This document shows positions 49,866 through 59,218 of a DNA stretch of 64,000 bases, piece after piece (positions within the stretch are counted from its first letter, which is position 1; the number at the start of each line of letters is the position of its first letter). The position numbers and the translations under genes were made by a program. The notes under the pieces were generated by a model. The model searched no databases. It was not told the origin of the DNA and worked only from the letters and a program-made list of their open reading frames with translations. Source of the DNA: Candidatus Geocrenenecus huangii (GTDB lineage Archaea > Thermoproteota > Nitrososphaeria_A > Caldarchaeales > Wolframiiraptoraceae); contig JALNLM010000002.1 of assembly GCA_023254095.1 (NCBI GenBank), positions 134,594 through 198,593 on the forward strand. Reading direction: 5' to 3'.

Positions 49866-51130
49866 GCGAAGAATATAAGCGATCACATGTATTCGGTATA
49901 GATTATGGAACGAGCGATTTCAAGTACGGTCCCATAGCGATAGGGGAAGTCCCAGAAATAGTTGAAAATAGAGGATACTTTATCGAGAAGACATCTCTAA
50001 TGTCTAGAATTATGGGTGTAAGTAGAGAAATCATAGTAGGTAAAGAGCTTCCGCTTTTCTTGGAATCGAGAGAAGACTTAGCGGAGAGGCTAGTATACCC
50101 GATGAAAAATGGAATATTAGAGAAGAATGATGAAAAAGCTTGGAAAGTGACTAAAGAACTAACAAGATATGCGTTGGAAAGTTTTGCCCCGAATGATCCA
50201 GACTTCGTAGGTTTCTACGTGGTCGCAAGCTTAGCAGTTGTGGCCCCTAGATACATGTATGAACAATTATTCGATATATTCGGAGAACTAAATAGTGAAA
50301 GAATGCTTGTTAGAGCAGTTACGATAATACCGCAGCCGTTAGCTGTTGCTATCGCTCACAAGACCCCCACATGCGTCGTAGTTGAAAGCGGGCATGGAAA
50401 TACTCAAGTATGTCCAATCTCGATGTATCCTATAAGAAATGCCGTTGTAGCCTTGAATAGAGGCGGAGGAGCTGCAAACATTCTCACATCAGAAATTCTA
50501 AAGGATGCAGGTTACGGAGACCTAGCTAAAGAAGAGAAACTAGTTAGGAAGGTTAAAGAACAGATCGGGCTTCTGCCTAGAAGGCTCGAAGAAGCCATAG
50601 ACTATGCTAGGAGAAACTTAGACAAAGTAAAGAAGGAAGTAAGGATCGAGGGAACTAGGTTAAGAATAGATTTGGGAGAAGAGAGTTGGACTAGATTCCT
50701 TATAGGTGAATACGTCTTTAATCCTGGACATGAAATTTTCCAGAGCTATTTTAAGAGGGGGATGCCTAGACCGAGTGATGTCAAGATCGGAGATACATAT
50801 TTCTACGGAATGACTGACATGGCTGAGGCCATAATCCAAGCAGTTGAAAGATGCTCTATCGAGATACAGCCACATCTGTACTCTAAGGTAATACTATCTG
50901 GTGGAAACTTCAATTGGAGTATTCCGAGGGGGCTTGAAGGGGTCGCCGCTACATCTGATGAAAAGATCAAGCTTATGTTGAAGGAGAAGAGTATAGAGAA
51001 TATCCAAGCAATAGTTGCGAAGGAGCCAACATATTCTGTCTGGAGAGGATGCATAGTCTACGGTTATGCTGTACCTCACGATTTCAAATGGAGATGGGAA
51101 AGAATGGAAGGGTGGCTAAACTATGCGTAG
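49862..51130 (+). CDS. Crenactin (archaeal actin)
   Basis: GIDYGTS (phosphate 1), YPMKNG, PQPLAVA, VESGHGNTQ (phosphate 2), ILSGGNF, YSVWRG, W..MEGW terminus. Confidence 0.92.
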   Translation: MSEEYKRSHVFGIDYGTSDFKYGPIAIGEVPEIVENRGYFIEKTSLMSRIMGVSREIIVGKELPLFLESREDLAERLVYPMKNGILEKNDEKAWKVTKELTRYALESFAPNDPDFVGFYVVASLAVVAPRYMYEQLFDIFGELNSERMLVRAVTIIPQPLAVAIAHKTPTCVVVESGHGNTQVCPISMYPIRNAVVALNRGGGAANILTSEILKDAGYGDLAKEEKLVRKVKEQIGLLPRRLEEAIDYARRNLDKVKKEVRIEGTRLRIDLGEESWTRFLIGEYVFNPGHEIFQSYFKRGMPRPSDVKIGDTYFYGMTDMAEAIIQAVERCSIEIQPHLYSKVILSGGNFNWSIPRGLEGVAATSDEKIKLMLKEKSIENIQAIVAKEPTYSVWRGCIVYGYAVPHDFKWRWERMEGWLNYA

Positions 51131-51803
51131 AAGACCATCTATACAAGAAATTGTATCTTCTCTTCTAATGGATGAAGGATTCTACGAAATATCTAGGGAT
51201 AACGAATCGACATTCATGGATAGCCAAATCGTCTTCTCTGATGGTAGGAGAGAGGTAGCTGTCAATATTTTAACCGAAGATTCATGTAACTCGAAATCTA
51301 TAATTCACGAAGCATTGATCGAGACCCAGAAACTGCAAAGTAAGTATGATGCCGTAATTCTTGCACTGCCGAGAAGATACTCGAAGATCATTGATGAGAA
51401 CGTGTTGCTAAGGTATGGAATAGGATTAATTATATACGATATGATGGGGGCGGAGGAAGTTCTACCACCTAAATTCGCTGGTAGCAGAAAAGAAAATAAA
51501 GAGAATATTCAAGGCAATGTTCAGAATGTCTCCTTAACGGAAGCTGCTCTTTTGAGGTCTGAGATGTCCAGGATACTGAGGATACTTGAAGAATTGGAGG
51601 CTAGGCTAGATAGATTAGAAAAAGAGCAGAAAATTCTTTCATCAAAAATTAGTGAATTGGAAAAAGCAAGATCTTATACGATAGTCGAGCAGAAGATTAT
51701 AAATCCGATAAATAATAGCATGAAAGAAAATAGAAATGATGAAGGCGTCCCCTCTTATCTTAGAGATAATCCCTGGATAGATATCTTGTCTAAGAGAGTG
51801 TGA
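51123..51803 (+). CDS. Arcadin-2-like crenactin regulator
   Basis: Overlaps the crenactin stop; globular N-domain, coiled coil, low-complexity linker, C-terminal DNPWIDILSKR helix. Confidence 0.75.
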   Translation: MRRRPSIQEIVSSLLMDEGFYEISRDNESTFMDSQIVFSDGRREVAVNILTEDSCNSKSIIHEALIETQKLQSKYDAVILALPRRYSKIIDENVLLRYGIGLIIYDMMGAEEVLPPKFAGSRKENKENIQGNVQNVSLTEAALLRSEMSRILRILEELEARLDRLEKEQKILSSKISELEKARSYTIVEQKIINPINNSMKENRNDEGVPSYLRDNPWIDILSKRV

Positions 51804-52591
51804 ATATCCTGAAGATTGTAGTTCTAGGTTCAGGTTCAATAATTCCAACAAAGAATAGGTTCTCGACATCATTCCTGCTCGAATCTTCAATTGGGAGGAT
51901 GCTCCTAGATATTGGGCCAGGAACCATCGAGAAGCTAAGGAGGCTAAGCATTCATCCAAATTCTATTGATAGAGTATTCATAACGCATTTTCACCTAGAC
52001 CATACGTTAGAGCTTCCAGCATTGATAAAGATTAGAATGTTCAACGAACTCGGCGGCTCCAACATGAATCCGAGGATCCTTGATATTTATGGACCATCGG
52101 GTTTAAGAATATTCTTAGGAAAACTATCCTCTCCTAGAGGAGTATATGGATATCTCTCTGAAATGATGAGTAGCCTAGATTTTCTTAGAATACATGAAGT
52201 AGAAGATGGGCTGGTAGAAGAAGTTGAGAACTTAAAAGTTTACGCAACGTTAGTTGAACATTACAATGGCTTAGCATATAGATTAGAGGTAGATAATGTA
52301 AGCATAGCTTATTCAGGAGACACGGTATATGATGAGAGAATGATAAAAATTGCGGAAGGCGTAGACATTCTCATTCATGAATGTTCGTTCCCGAAAGAAC
52401 TGTTGCTAGGTAAGCATACATCTGACGAGGATTTAATCGAGATTGGGAGGAAAGTGAATCCAAAACTACTACTCGTAACCCATCTATATCCTGCTTGGGA
52501 GGGAAGAGAAAAAGAACTCGAAGATAAACTTAGAAGAGATATTGGGTGCCGAGTCTACGTAGTAAAAGACATGGATATTCTATACGTATAA
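51800..52591 (+). CDS. MBL-fold hydrolase, RNase Z/AtsA-like
   Basis: VLGSGS, THFHLDH, YSGDT, IHEC, KHTS, THLY. Confidence 0.88.
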   Translation: MNILKIVVLGSGSIIPTKNRFSTSFLLESSIGRMLLDIGPGTIEKLRRLSIHPNSIDRVFITHFHLDHTLELPALIKIRMFNELGGSNMNPRILDIYGPSGLRIFLGKLSSPRGVYGYLSEMMSSLDFLRIHEVEDGLVEEVENLKVYATLVEHYNGLAYRLEVDNVSIAYSGDTVYDERMIKIAEGVDILIHECSFPKELLLGKHTSDEDLIEIGRKVNPKLLLVTHLYPAWEGREKELEDKLRRDIGCRVYVVKDMDILYV

Positions 52592-52680
52592 CATGGACAC
52601 TATCACCGGCAGAATACTCCAGCATCTTGACAACCATAATTTTAAAGAGAGGCAAAACCGAATCTAGAAGCGGTGATATC

Positions 52681-53202
52681 TTGATCTTAAGTGACTTTGA
52701 TCTCTGGGCTTATATAAGGGGTGGCCGATTAATCATTGATCCTTTCGATGAATCCATAGTTAGGGAGAATGGTGTAGACCTTAGGATAGGTAGGATGATT
52801 GCTAGAATGAAGAAGACTGATAAACCCCTAGACACGAAGAATGCAGAAGGTATTGAAGAATTCTACATCATAGAGGAGGGGGAGAGCTTCATCATCAACC
52901 CTCATGAACACGTCCTACTCCACACCCTCGAATACGTGAAGCTACCAGTAGACTTGATGGGCTTCGTCAATCTTAGAAGTAGCTACGCTAGAGTAGGATT
53001 AACGATCCCGCCAACAATCATCGATGCGAATTTTGAGGGAGAACTAACTATAGAACTTGTAGGAGGGGATTTCCCGGTCAAGCTCTATCATCGAGATAGA
53101 TTCCTCCACGTAGTCTTCGCTAAACTATCATCCGTAGTGGAGAAGCCCTATCAAGGAAGATACCAAGGGCAGAGAGGTGTCAGGCTGCCTTCCTTCAAGT
53201 AG
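52681..53202 (+). CDS. dcd: dCTP deaminase
   Basis: ILSD, DLRIG, LRSSYARVG, IDANFEGELTIE, YQGQRG; TTG start with GGTGA SD. Confidence 0.93.
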   Translation: MILSDFDLWAYIRGGRLIIDPFDESIVRENGVDLRIGRMIARMKKTDKPLDTKNAEGIEEFYIIEEGESFIINPHEHVLLHTLEYVKLPVDLMGFVNLRSSYARVGLTIPPTIIDANFEGELTIELVGGDFPVKLYHRDRFLHVVFAKLSSVVEKPYQGRYQGQRGVRLPSFK

Positions 53203-53584
53203 CTTCCTGAACATACATTAACGGGAAACCTATCTCATCGATCCATTCTAGTCTAGCGGTTACTCTCGCTTCACCATACTCTACTACGACTTTAATACTA
53301 AGAGATTCAGGAGTAATTACCCCATAATTATATGGCTTAGTTAATCCCTTCTTTATTTTCTCCGCATCAATCTTTATTTCTATTTTCGTCCTAAATGGTT
53401 GGATAGAAAACGTACTACTTAAAGCTGCTTCAAGCTCATCCAGCTTCTCAAGATCTACAGGCATTCCGATGAGCTGGTGAAAAATCGCTCCTAGAGATAT
53501 TCCCGCCTCAAATATTGCGTGTTCTCTATCCGTTAGATTTGTAAAATATTTAAGAGCCGATGACTCATGCCTTCTAGAAACCAT
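53195..53584 (-). CDS. mptD: Archaeal dihydroneopterin aldolase (MptD family)
   Basis: TDREHAIFEAGISLGAIFHQ, QPF, FPLMYV. Confidence 0.85.
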   Translation of the reverse strand: MVSRRHESSALKYFTNLTDREHAIFEAGISLGAIFHQLIGMPVDLEKLDELEAALSSTFSIQPFRTKIEIKIDAEKIKKGLTKPYNYGVITPESLSIKVVVEYGEARVTARLEWIDEIGFPLMYVQEAT

Positions 53585-53712
53585 AAATCGATCTATGGTG
53601 GACCGTTTGAAAAATCTTACCTCTTAATTGTGATTGGATGAATTTGGTGGGTTTAAAATAGAAATATTTAACAATCCCTGAGAGAAACGATCTATCTGGG
53701 GATTACCGAAAA

Positions 53713-54864
53713 TTGAGCGTAGCGTTGTATAGACCCGACGCGGTAATGGTTTGGCGTAATGAAGAGGTTGTTAAAAGATTAAGATGGTATAGGTCGGTTA
53801 TGTTAAACAGGACTCCAGCTAAATTCCTGCTATTAAAGACTATACCTGTCGAGATGAAACTCGATGAAACCTCAGATGAAGATTTGTGGAAGCTTAACGA
53901 CGATCTACATGAAGAAGCTGTAGAACTATTTAACAAATATTTTGAGAAAAGAATCAATCTGGATGATTTAAAGATTGTAGAGCCTTCCTTCCTAGACTTG
54001 AAGATTAATCTAGCATACCGTATGCTGAGGAAATGCCATTTCTGTGAGTGGAGATGTGGAGTTAATAGATTGGAGGGACAAAAAGGAGTATGCAAACTTG
54101 ATTATAGAGGATATGTTTCAAGCTTCTTTCATCATTATGGTGAGGAAGCACCTCTCATAGGTATAGAAGGTAAAGGAGGCTCAGGAACAATATTCTTTGC
54201 ATCATGCACCTTCCATTGCGTATTCTGTCAGAACTGGGATATCTCTCAACCTAGAGGGAGAATTGAAGACGCTGGGGTAGATACGGATGCAAGAAGACTT
54301 GCGGCTATAGCTAGACGGCTAAGGCTTGATGGCGCCGCAAACATAAACTATGTGGGAGGCGAGCCTACACCGAATCTCCACATAATTCTAGAATCCCTCA
54401 AGTATCTCGATGTAAATGTCCCCATCTTATGGAACAGCAACATGTACATGAGTGAAGAAGCAATGAAGCTACTGATAGACGTTGTAGATATATGGTTGCC
54501 AGACTTCAAGTACTGGAGCAATGAATGTGCTAGAAGATTTTCAAAAATCGGTTCGAAGATGGAGTACAGGGAAGCAGTTACAAGAAACCACCTGATCGCT
54601 GCTGAGAATGGTGATATGATAATCAGGCATCTTATACTTCCAAATCATCTTGAATGTGATACTAAGCCGATACTGAGATGGATAGCGGACAATATTGGGA
54701 ACAAGGTCTTAGTGAACGTTATGGAGCAGTATAGACCCGAGCATCAAGTCATTCTAAAGCCCGAGCTATACAAAGACATCGCTAGAAGACCATATAGAGA
54801 AGAAATACTCGAAGCATACAGTTATGCTAAACAACTCGGCATAATCTATGAACCAATATCATAG
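53713..54864 (+). CDS. Radical SAM protein, PflX-like
   Basis: CHFCEWRCGVNR, HYGEE, SGTIFF, CTFHCVFCQN, GGEPTP. Confidence 0.88.
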   Translation: MSVALYRPDAVMVWRNEEVVKRLRWYRSVMLNRTPAKFLLLKTIPVEMKLDETSDEDLWKLNDDLHEEAVELFNKYFEKRINLDDLKIVEPSFLDLKINLAYRMLRKCHFCEWRCGVNRLEGQKGVCKLDYRGYVSSFFHHYGEEAPLIGIEGKGGSGTIFFASCTFHCVFCQNWDISQPRGRIEDAGVDTDARRLAAIARRLRLDGAANINYVGGEPTPNLHIILESLKYLDVNVPILWNSNMYMSEEAMKLLIDVVDIWLPDFKYWSNECARRFSKIGSKMEYREAVTRNHLIAAENGDMIIRHLILPNHLECDTKPILRWIADNIGNKVLVNVMEQYRPEHQVILKPELYKDIARRPYREEILEAYSYAKQLGIIYEPIS

Positions 54865-54910
54865 CCTACTAAAAGAACAATTTAATACCGGGTAGTTCAT
54901 AGAATCATCT

Positions 54911-56089
54911 ATGGATTTTGAAAAGATAAGATCAGATTTTCCACTTCTATCTCGTTTCACCTATCTTGACACCGCATCTAGCGGAGCTATCTCAAGACAA
55001 GTTCACAAATCCATAGTGGATTTTATCGATAAATGGTTGTATGAGGGGGAAGACTGGGATAGAGTCATAAAAGATGTAGTTGAAGCTCGAAGAATTTTCT
55101 CGTCCATGGTCGGGGTTAAAGGGGATGAAGTAGCACTAGTACCTAATACTTCTACTGGATTGATTGCAGCGGTTTCATCTGTAAAATGGAGGAATGAGTC
55201 AAACATTGTTCTTGCCGAACATAATTTTCCAACAAACTTCAATGTATTCTCTTCTGCAGTGAGAAATGGGCTGGTGAAAGAAGTAAGAGTAGCTAGGTAC
55301 ATTGATGGAAGAATCCCCATAGAAGAATATGAGAAACTAATAGATGAAAATACTCAGATTGTATCGGTAGACTTGGTTGGATGGCTGACAGGATACAGGG
55401 AAGATCTCAAGACAATAACTAAGTTAGCTCATGAGAGGGGAGCCATAGTCTTAAGCGATATATTTCATGCTGCAGGTGCTCTTCCCCTAAATCTAAGAGA
55501 CCTCGATGTCGACATAGCTGTATGCGGTTCATACAAGTGGCTCTTAGCACCTAGTGGCGCTGCATTACTGTATGTTAAGAAAGAATTGTTAGACACTGTT
55601 TTAACGAATTGCTGGACAGGATGGATAGGCGTCGAAGACTCTGTCGTTGAGAGGATGATTAATGGAGAGACTAGGTTATTTGAGAGACCTCTACCTCTAC
55701 TATATTCCCGACCATCCAGTAGTGCGTCTAGGTATGAATGGGGAAGTTGGGCTGGACTGACAGTTGTCGGGTTAACAGAATCTCTAAGATTCTTCCAGAA
55801 ACTAGACATGAATTTAAGCTGGAGAAGAATACAGAAACTATCCTCGAAGCTTGTCGACGAACTAGTAGAGAAAGATTTTCAAATCTTCTCTCCTCTCGAC
55901 GAAGATAGAAGAAGTGGAATAGTAAGCCTTGTTCTAAGGAATTCATATGATGTCGCAGAAATACTATCCAGAAGCAAGATAATAGTATCTGCTCGACCTG
56001 GAATCCTCCGAATCTCTGTTGATTTCTACAATGATGAAGAAGATATTGAGATGATTACGCAAAAACTTCAAGAATTGTCCAAAAAATGA
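54911..56089 (+). CDS. Class V PLP-dependent aminotransferase/C-S lyase family
   Basis: YLDTASSG, PNTSTG, DIFHAAG, GSYKWLLAP, RIS. Confidence 0.88.
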   Translation: MDFEKIRSDFPLLSRFTYLDTASSGAISRQVHKSIVDFIDKWLYEGEDWDRVIKDVVEARRIFSSMVGVKGDEVALVPNTSTGLIAAVSSVKWRNESNIVLAEHNFPTNFNVFSSAVRNGLVKEVRVARYIDGRIPIEEYEKLIDENTQIVSVDLVGWLTGYREDLKTITKLAHERGAIVLSDIFHAAGALPLNLRDLDVDIAVCGSYKWLLAPSGAALLYVKKELLDTVLTNCWTGWIGVEDSVVERMINGETRLFERPLPLLYSRPSSSASRYEWGSWAGLTVVGLTESLRFFQKLDMNLSWRRIQKLSSKLVDELVEKDFQIFSPLDEDRRSGIVSLVLRNSYDVAEILSRSKIIVSARPGILRISVDFYNDEEDIEMITQKLQELSKK

Positions 56090-56524
56090 TTAAGTAGATC
56101 TAATAATTCTGATAGGATCTTTCGAGAGATCGATTACTCCTGGAGAAACATCTTCTAACAAGAAATCATAATGATCTACAGTGTCTCCGATTTCTTTACT
56201 CGCAACTCTGTATTCATCATCTACAAGGAATTCTACCTCTTTCTTGATGCATTTGTGGATAATCTTTTCTCCAGGTTTAACGTAGTAAAGCTCTACGTTT
56301 CTAGCTGGTTTACATAGGAATATAATCCATCTCCCACTCTCTTCTGGTTCCGGTAGAAGTCCCTCCGTAGGAGAGATGTTTCCCGGTCTCCTATATCCAG
56401 CTCTCACCGTTCCGCACTTTCTACATTTCCAATATTCACATGTAATGAGGAATCTTTCTCCATCAAAGACGTTTACTAATCCCCCATAAACGTAGTCATG
56501 AACACATTTATTCATAACTCTCAC
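56090..56524 (-). CDS. Hypothetical protein with putative Zn-binding motif
   Basis: CVH...CRKCG; overlaps the upstream MBL gene stop. Confidence 0.6.
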   Translation of the reverse strand: MRVMNKCVHDYVYGGLVNVFDGERFLITCEYWKCRKCGTVRAGYRRPGNISPTEGLLPEPEESGRWIIFLCKPARNVELYYVKPGEKIIHKCIKKEVEFLVDDEYRVASKEIGDTVDHYDFLLEDVSPGVIDLSKDPIRIIRST

Positions 56525-57177
56525 TCTTTCTCCAGAACGACTACTTCTACTTTTGCTTTCTTCTTGAATTCTTCGACATCTCTGCTCGATCCGACTATCG
56601 CTCCGTAATGCATCGGTATAGCGATCTTAGGTTTAAACTCATTTACCGCTTGGGCAGCTTCATCCGCAGTCATTACAAACGTTCCGCTAACAGGTATCAA
56701 TGCAATATCTACTAGCAAATTCTTCATCTCTGGTATGAAGTCTGTGTCTCCAGCGTGATATATCTTAACCCCACCTATCTCGACTAAGTATCCTACGCCT
56801 CCAGCCGTCTTCGGATGATATACCATACCGGGTTCCCTAAACTTATTGACATTATATGCCGGGACAACCTTAACATTTATTCCTTGAGTTTCAAATTCAT
56901 CTCCAGCCTTGATAAGCTTGAATAACCCGGTCTTCAGTTGGCTGAGCTGGTTTCTACATGACTCAGGGGCTACAATATTAGTATCTGCTGTACAGATTTT
57001 CCTTAAATCCTCTATGCTTAAGTGATCGAAATGTTCATGGGAAATGAATACATGTGTTGCTCTATCCTTCGGCTTTATCTTGTATGGGTCAAAGTATATT
57101 CTCTTATCCAGATATTTTACATAGAATGAATCATGTCCCAGCCAACTAATCTGAACACCTTGATACGCATACGGCAT
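56521..57177 (-). CDS. MBL-fold metallohydrolase (UPF0173-like)
   Basis: WLGHDSF, SHEHFDH, YHAGDT, IPMHYG. Confidence 0.9.
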   Translation of the reverse strand: MPYAYQGVQISWLGHDSFYVKYLDKRIYFDPYKIKPKDRATHVFISHEHFDHLSIEDLRKICTADTNIVAPESCRNQLSQLKTGLFKLIKAGDEFETQGINVKVVPAYNVNKFREPGMVYHPKTAGGVGYLVEIGGVKIYHAGDTDFIPEMKNLLVDIALIPVSGTFVMTADEAAQAVNEFKPKIAIPMHYGAIVGSSRDVEEFKKKAKVEVVVLEKE

Positions 57178-57333
57178 ACAACAATATTCAATATGCTTTC
57201 TTAAAAAATTTCTTATACCACCAAAACGCATATAGAGTTCATCCTAGATCGTTCCAGACATTGCTCATTAAGTACTTACTCAATGGATGAGCTAAGATAT
57301 TTGAACTGGATAAGTCAATCATGTTGTAGAAAT

Positions 57334-58080
57334 ATGTTGGTTGATGTCCATTGTCATCTCACAGACAAGGTTTTCCAAGATAAGCTAGATGAGATAGTCA
57401 GTGAAGCTAAGAAGATAGGTGTAAGAGCACTCGTTAGTTCTGGCCTCGGCCTAATAGACTCTCTGAAAGTTCTAGAGATAAGCGATTATAGAAATATTTT
57501 TCCTTCCATAGGTATAATGCCGTATGAATTAGAGGGCTATGAAGAAGTTATAGAATTGATTGAAAAGAACTCAGATAAGATAGTAGCAGTTGGGGAAGTA
57601 GGGCTAGACTATCACATCTATACGGCCGTTGATAGAAGGTTACAGGAAAAGGTCTTCATAGAATTCATCAACCTAGCTGAAAGACTCGACCTACCTATAA
57701 TAGTACATTCCAGGTCTGCTGGAAGATATGCTCTCGAGATACTCTTCAAACATAATGCTGAGAAAGTAATAATGCATGCTTTCGATGGATCTGCATCCCA
57801 CGCTATAGAAGGAGTGAGAAAAGGATACTACTTCAGCATTCCACCATCTATAGTTAGAAGCCAGCAGAAGCAAAAACTAGTGAAGAGGCTTCCAATAGAA
57901 AACCTTCTACTTGAATCTGATGCGCCTGCTCTCTCGCCTGTTCTTGGAGAAGTAAACAAGCCATCGAACATCAAGATATCTATAGAATGGATTAGTAGAT
58001 TAAAAAATATTTCTACCGGGAAAGTAGAAGAAGTTACTACAGAGAATGCATTAAAAATCCTTAAAATAAACCTAATCTAA
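57334..58080 (+). CDS. tatD: TatD family hydrolase
   Basis: DVHCH, GEVGLDY, VHSR, MHAF, LESDAP. Confidence 0.93.
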   Translation: MLVDVHCHLTDKVFQDKLDEIVSEAKKIGVRALVSSGLGLIDSLKVLEISDYRNIFPSIGIMPYELEGYEEVIELIEKNSDKIVAVGEVGLDYHIYTAVDRRLQEKVFIEFINLAERLDLPIIVHSRSAGRYALEILFKHNAEKVIMHAFDGSASHAIEGVRKGYYFSIPPSIVRSQQKQKLVKRLPIENLLLESDAPALSPVLGEVNKPSNIKISIEWISRLKNISTGKVEEVTTENALKILKINLI

Positions 58081-58218
58081 AAATTGATTTAATGATCTAC
58101 AGTTATCTATAAGACTTCTTGATTATGACATTGAGAGTGTTCTCGTATGTCCAAGACTTCTTCAAGACTAGGAAAAGGCTAATAGGTTAGATGAAGATTA
58201 AACTTCTAGGTGAGGTAA

Positions 58219-59208
58219 ATGAGTCTGGCAACGGTCACGACGCTTCCATGGGTTGAAAAGTATAGACCTAAAACTCTAGACGACGTAGTAAATCAGGAAG
58301 AAGTAATAACAAGCCTTAAAAATATTCTGAAGACAAAAGCCGTCCCCCACATGCTTTTCGCAGGCCCGCCAGGAGTAGGTAAGACGGCGACCGCGCATGC
58401 CTTCGCAAGGGATCTCTATGGTCAAAGCTATATAGAAGATGGCTGGTTCATCGAGATAAACGCCTCCGATGAAAGAGGCATTCAAACGATTAGAGAGAAG
58501 GTCAAGATGTTCGCACGACAGATACCGATGGGCGGAGAAATCGGATTCAAGATACTCCTCCTCGATGAAAGCGACCAGCTGACAGATGATGCTCAACATG
58601 CTTTTAGGAGAGTAATGGAACAGTATTCGGCTACGTGTAGATTTATTCTGGCTGCGAACTACAGTAATAGGATCATCGAGCCCATACAGAGTAGATGCGC
58701 AGTCTTCAGATTTAGACCACTTCTAAAGAAAGACATTATTGACAGGATAAGATGGATAGCTGAACAAGAAAAGCTTGAAGTAGATGACATAGCGCTAGAA
58801 ACAATATATGAATTTTCTGAAGGAGATATGAGGAGAGCGATAAATACTCTTCAAGCAGCAGCGTCTATTTCCAGCAAGATAGATGAGAAGACAGTCTACT
58901 ATATCCTAGGATACATAAGTAGAGGAGAGATAAGGAAGATACTCGAACTGGCTATGGGAGGAAACTTCACGCAAGCAAGAGATGAGTTGAGGAAGTTGAT
59001 CTATGTACAAGGTCTAGCGGGGTCGGACATAGTTTCAGCAATATATCGTGAATTATTCTATCTAGACTTGAGCGAGGAAGATAAACTAGAACTACTCGAC
59101 TTGCTAGGAGAGGTAGATTATAGGATAGCTGAGGGTGGTACAGAAGAAGTACAGCTTATGGCCTTCTTGGCGCAGCTGGCATCCAAGAAAAAGAGAAGGC
59201 AGACTTAG
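58219..59208 (+). CDS. rfcS: Replication factor C small subunit
   Basis: PWVEKYRP, GPPGVGKT, NASDERG, DESD, QSRC; no intein. Confidence 0.96.
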   Translation: MSLATVTTLPWVEKYRPKTLDDVVNQEEVITSLKNILKTKAVPHMLFAGPPGVGKTATAHAFARDLYGQSYIEDGWFIEINASDERGIQTIREKVKMFARQIPMGGEIGFKILLLDESDQLTDDAQHAFRRVMEQYSATCRFILAANYSNRIIEPIQSRCAVFRFRPLLKKDIIDRIRWIAEQEKLEVDDIALETIYEFSEGDMRRAINTLQAAASISSKIDEKTVYYILGYISRGEIRKILELAMGGNFTQARDELRKLIYVQGLAGSDIVSAIYRELFYLDLSEEDKLELLDLLGEVDYRIAEGGTEEVQLMAFLAQLASKKKRRQT

Positions 59209-59218
59209 AGGGTCAGAA

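Noticed and set aside
52546-52680. N-terminal extension of dcd (similar extensions on rfcL, tatD and valS)
   Set aside because: Artefact of longest-ORF calling; family-typical starts lie downstream.
58110-58172. Direct repeat AAGACTTCTT upstream of rfcS
   Set aside because: Only two 10-nt copies in AT-rich DNA; too weak to call a repeat element or CRISPR remnant.
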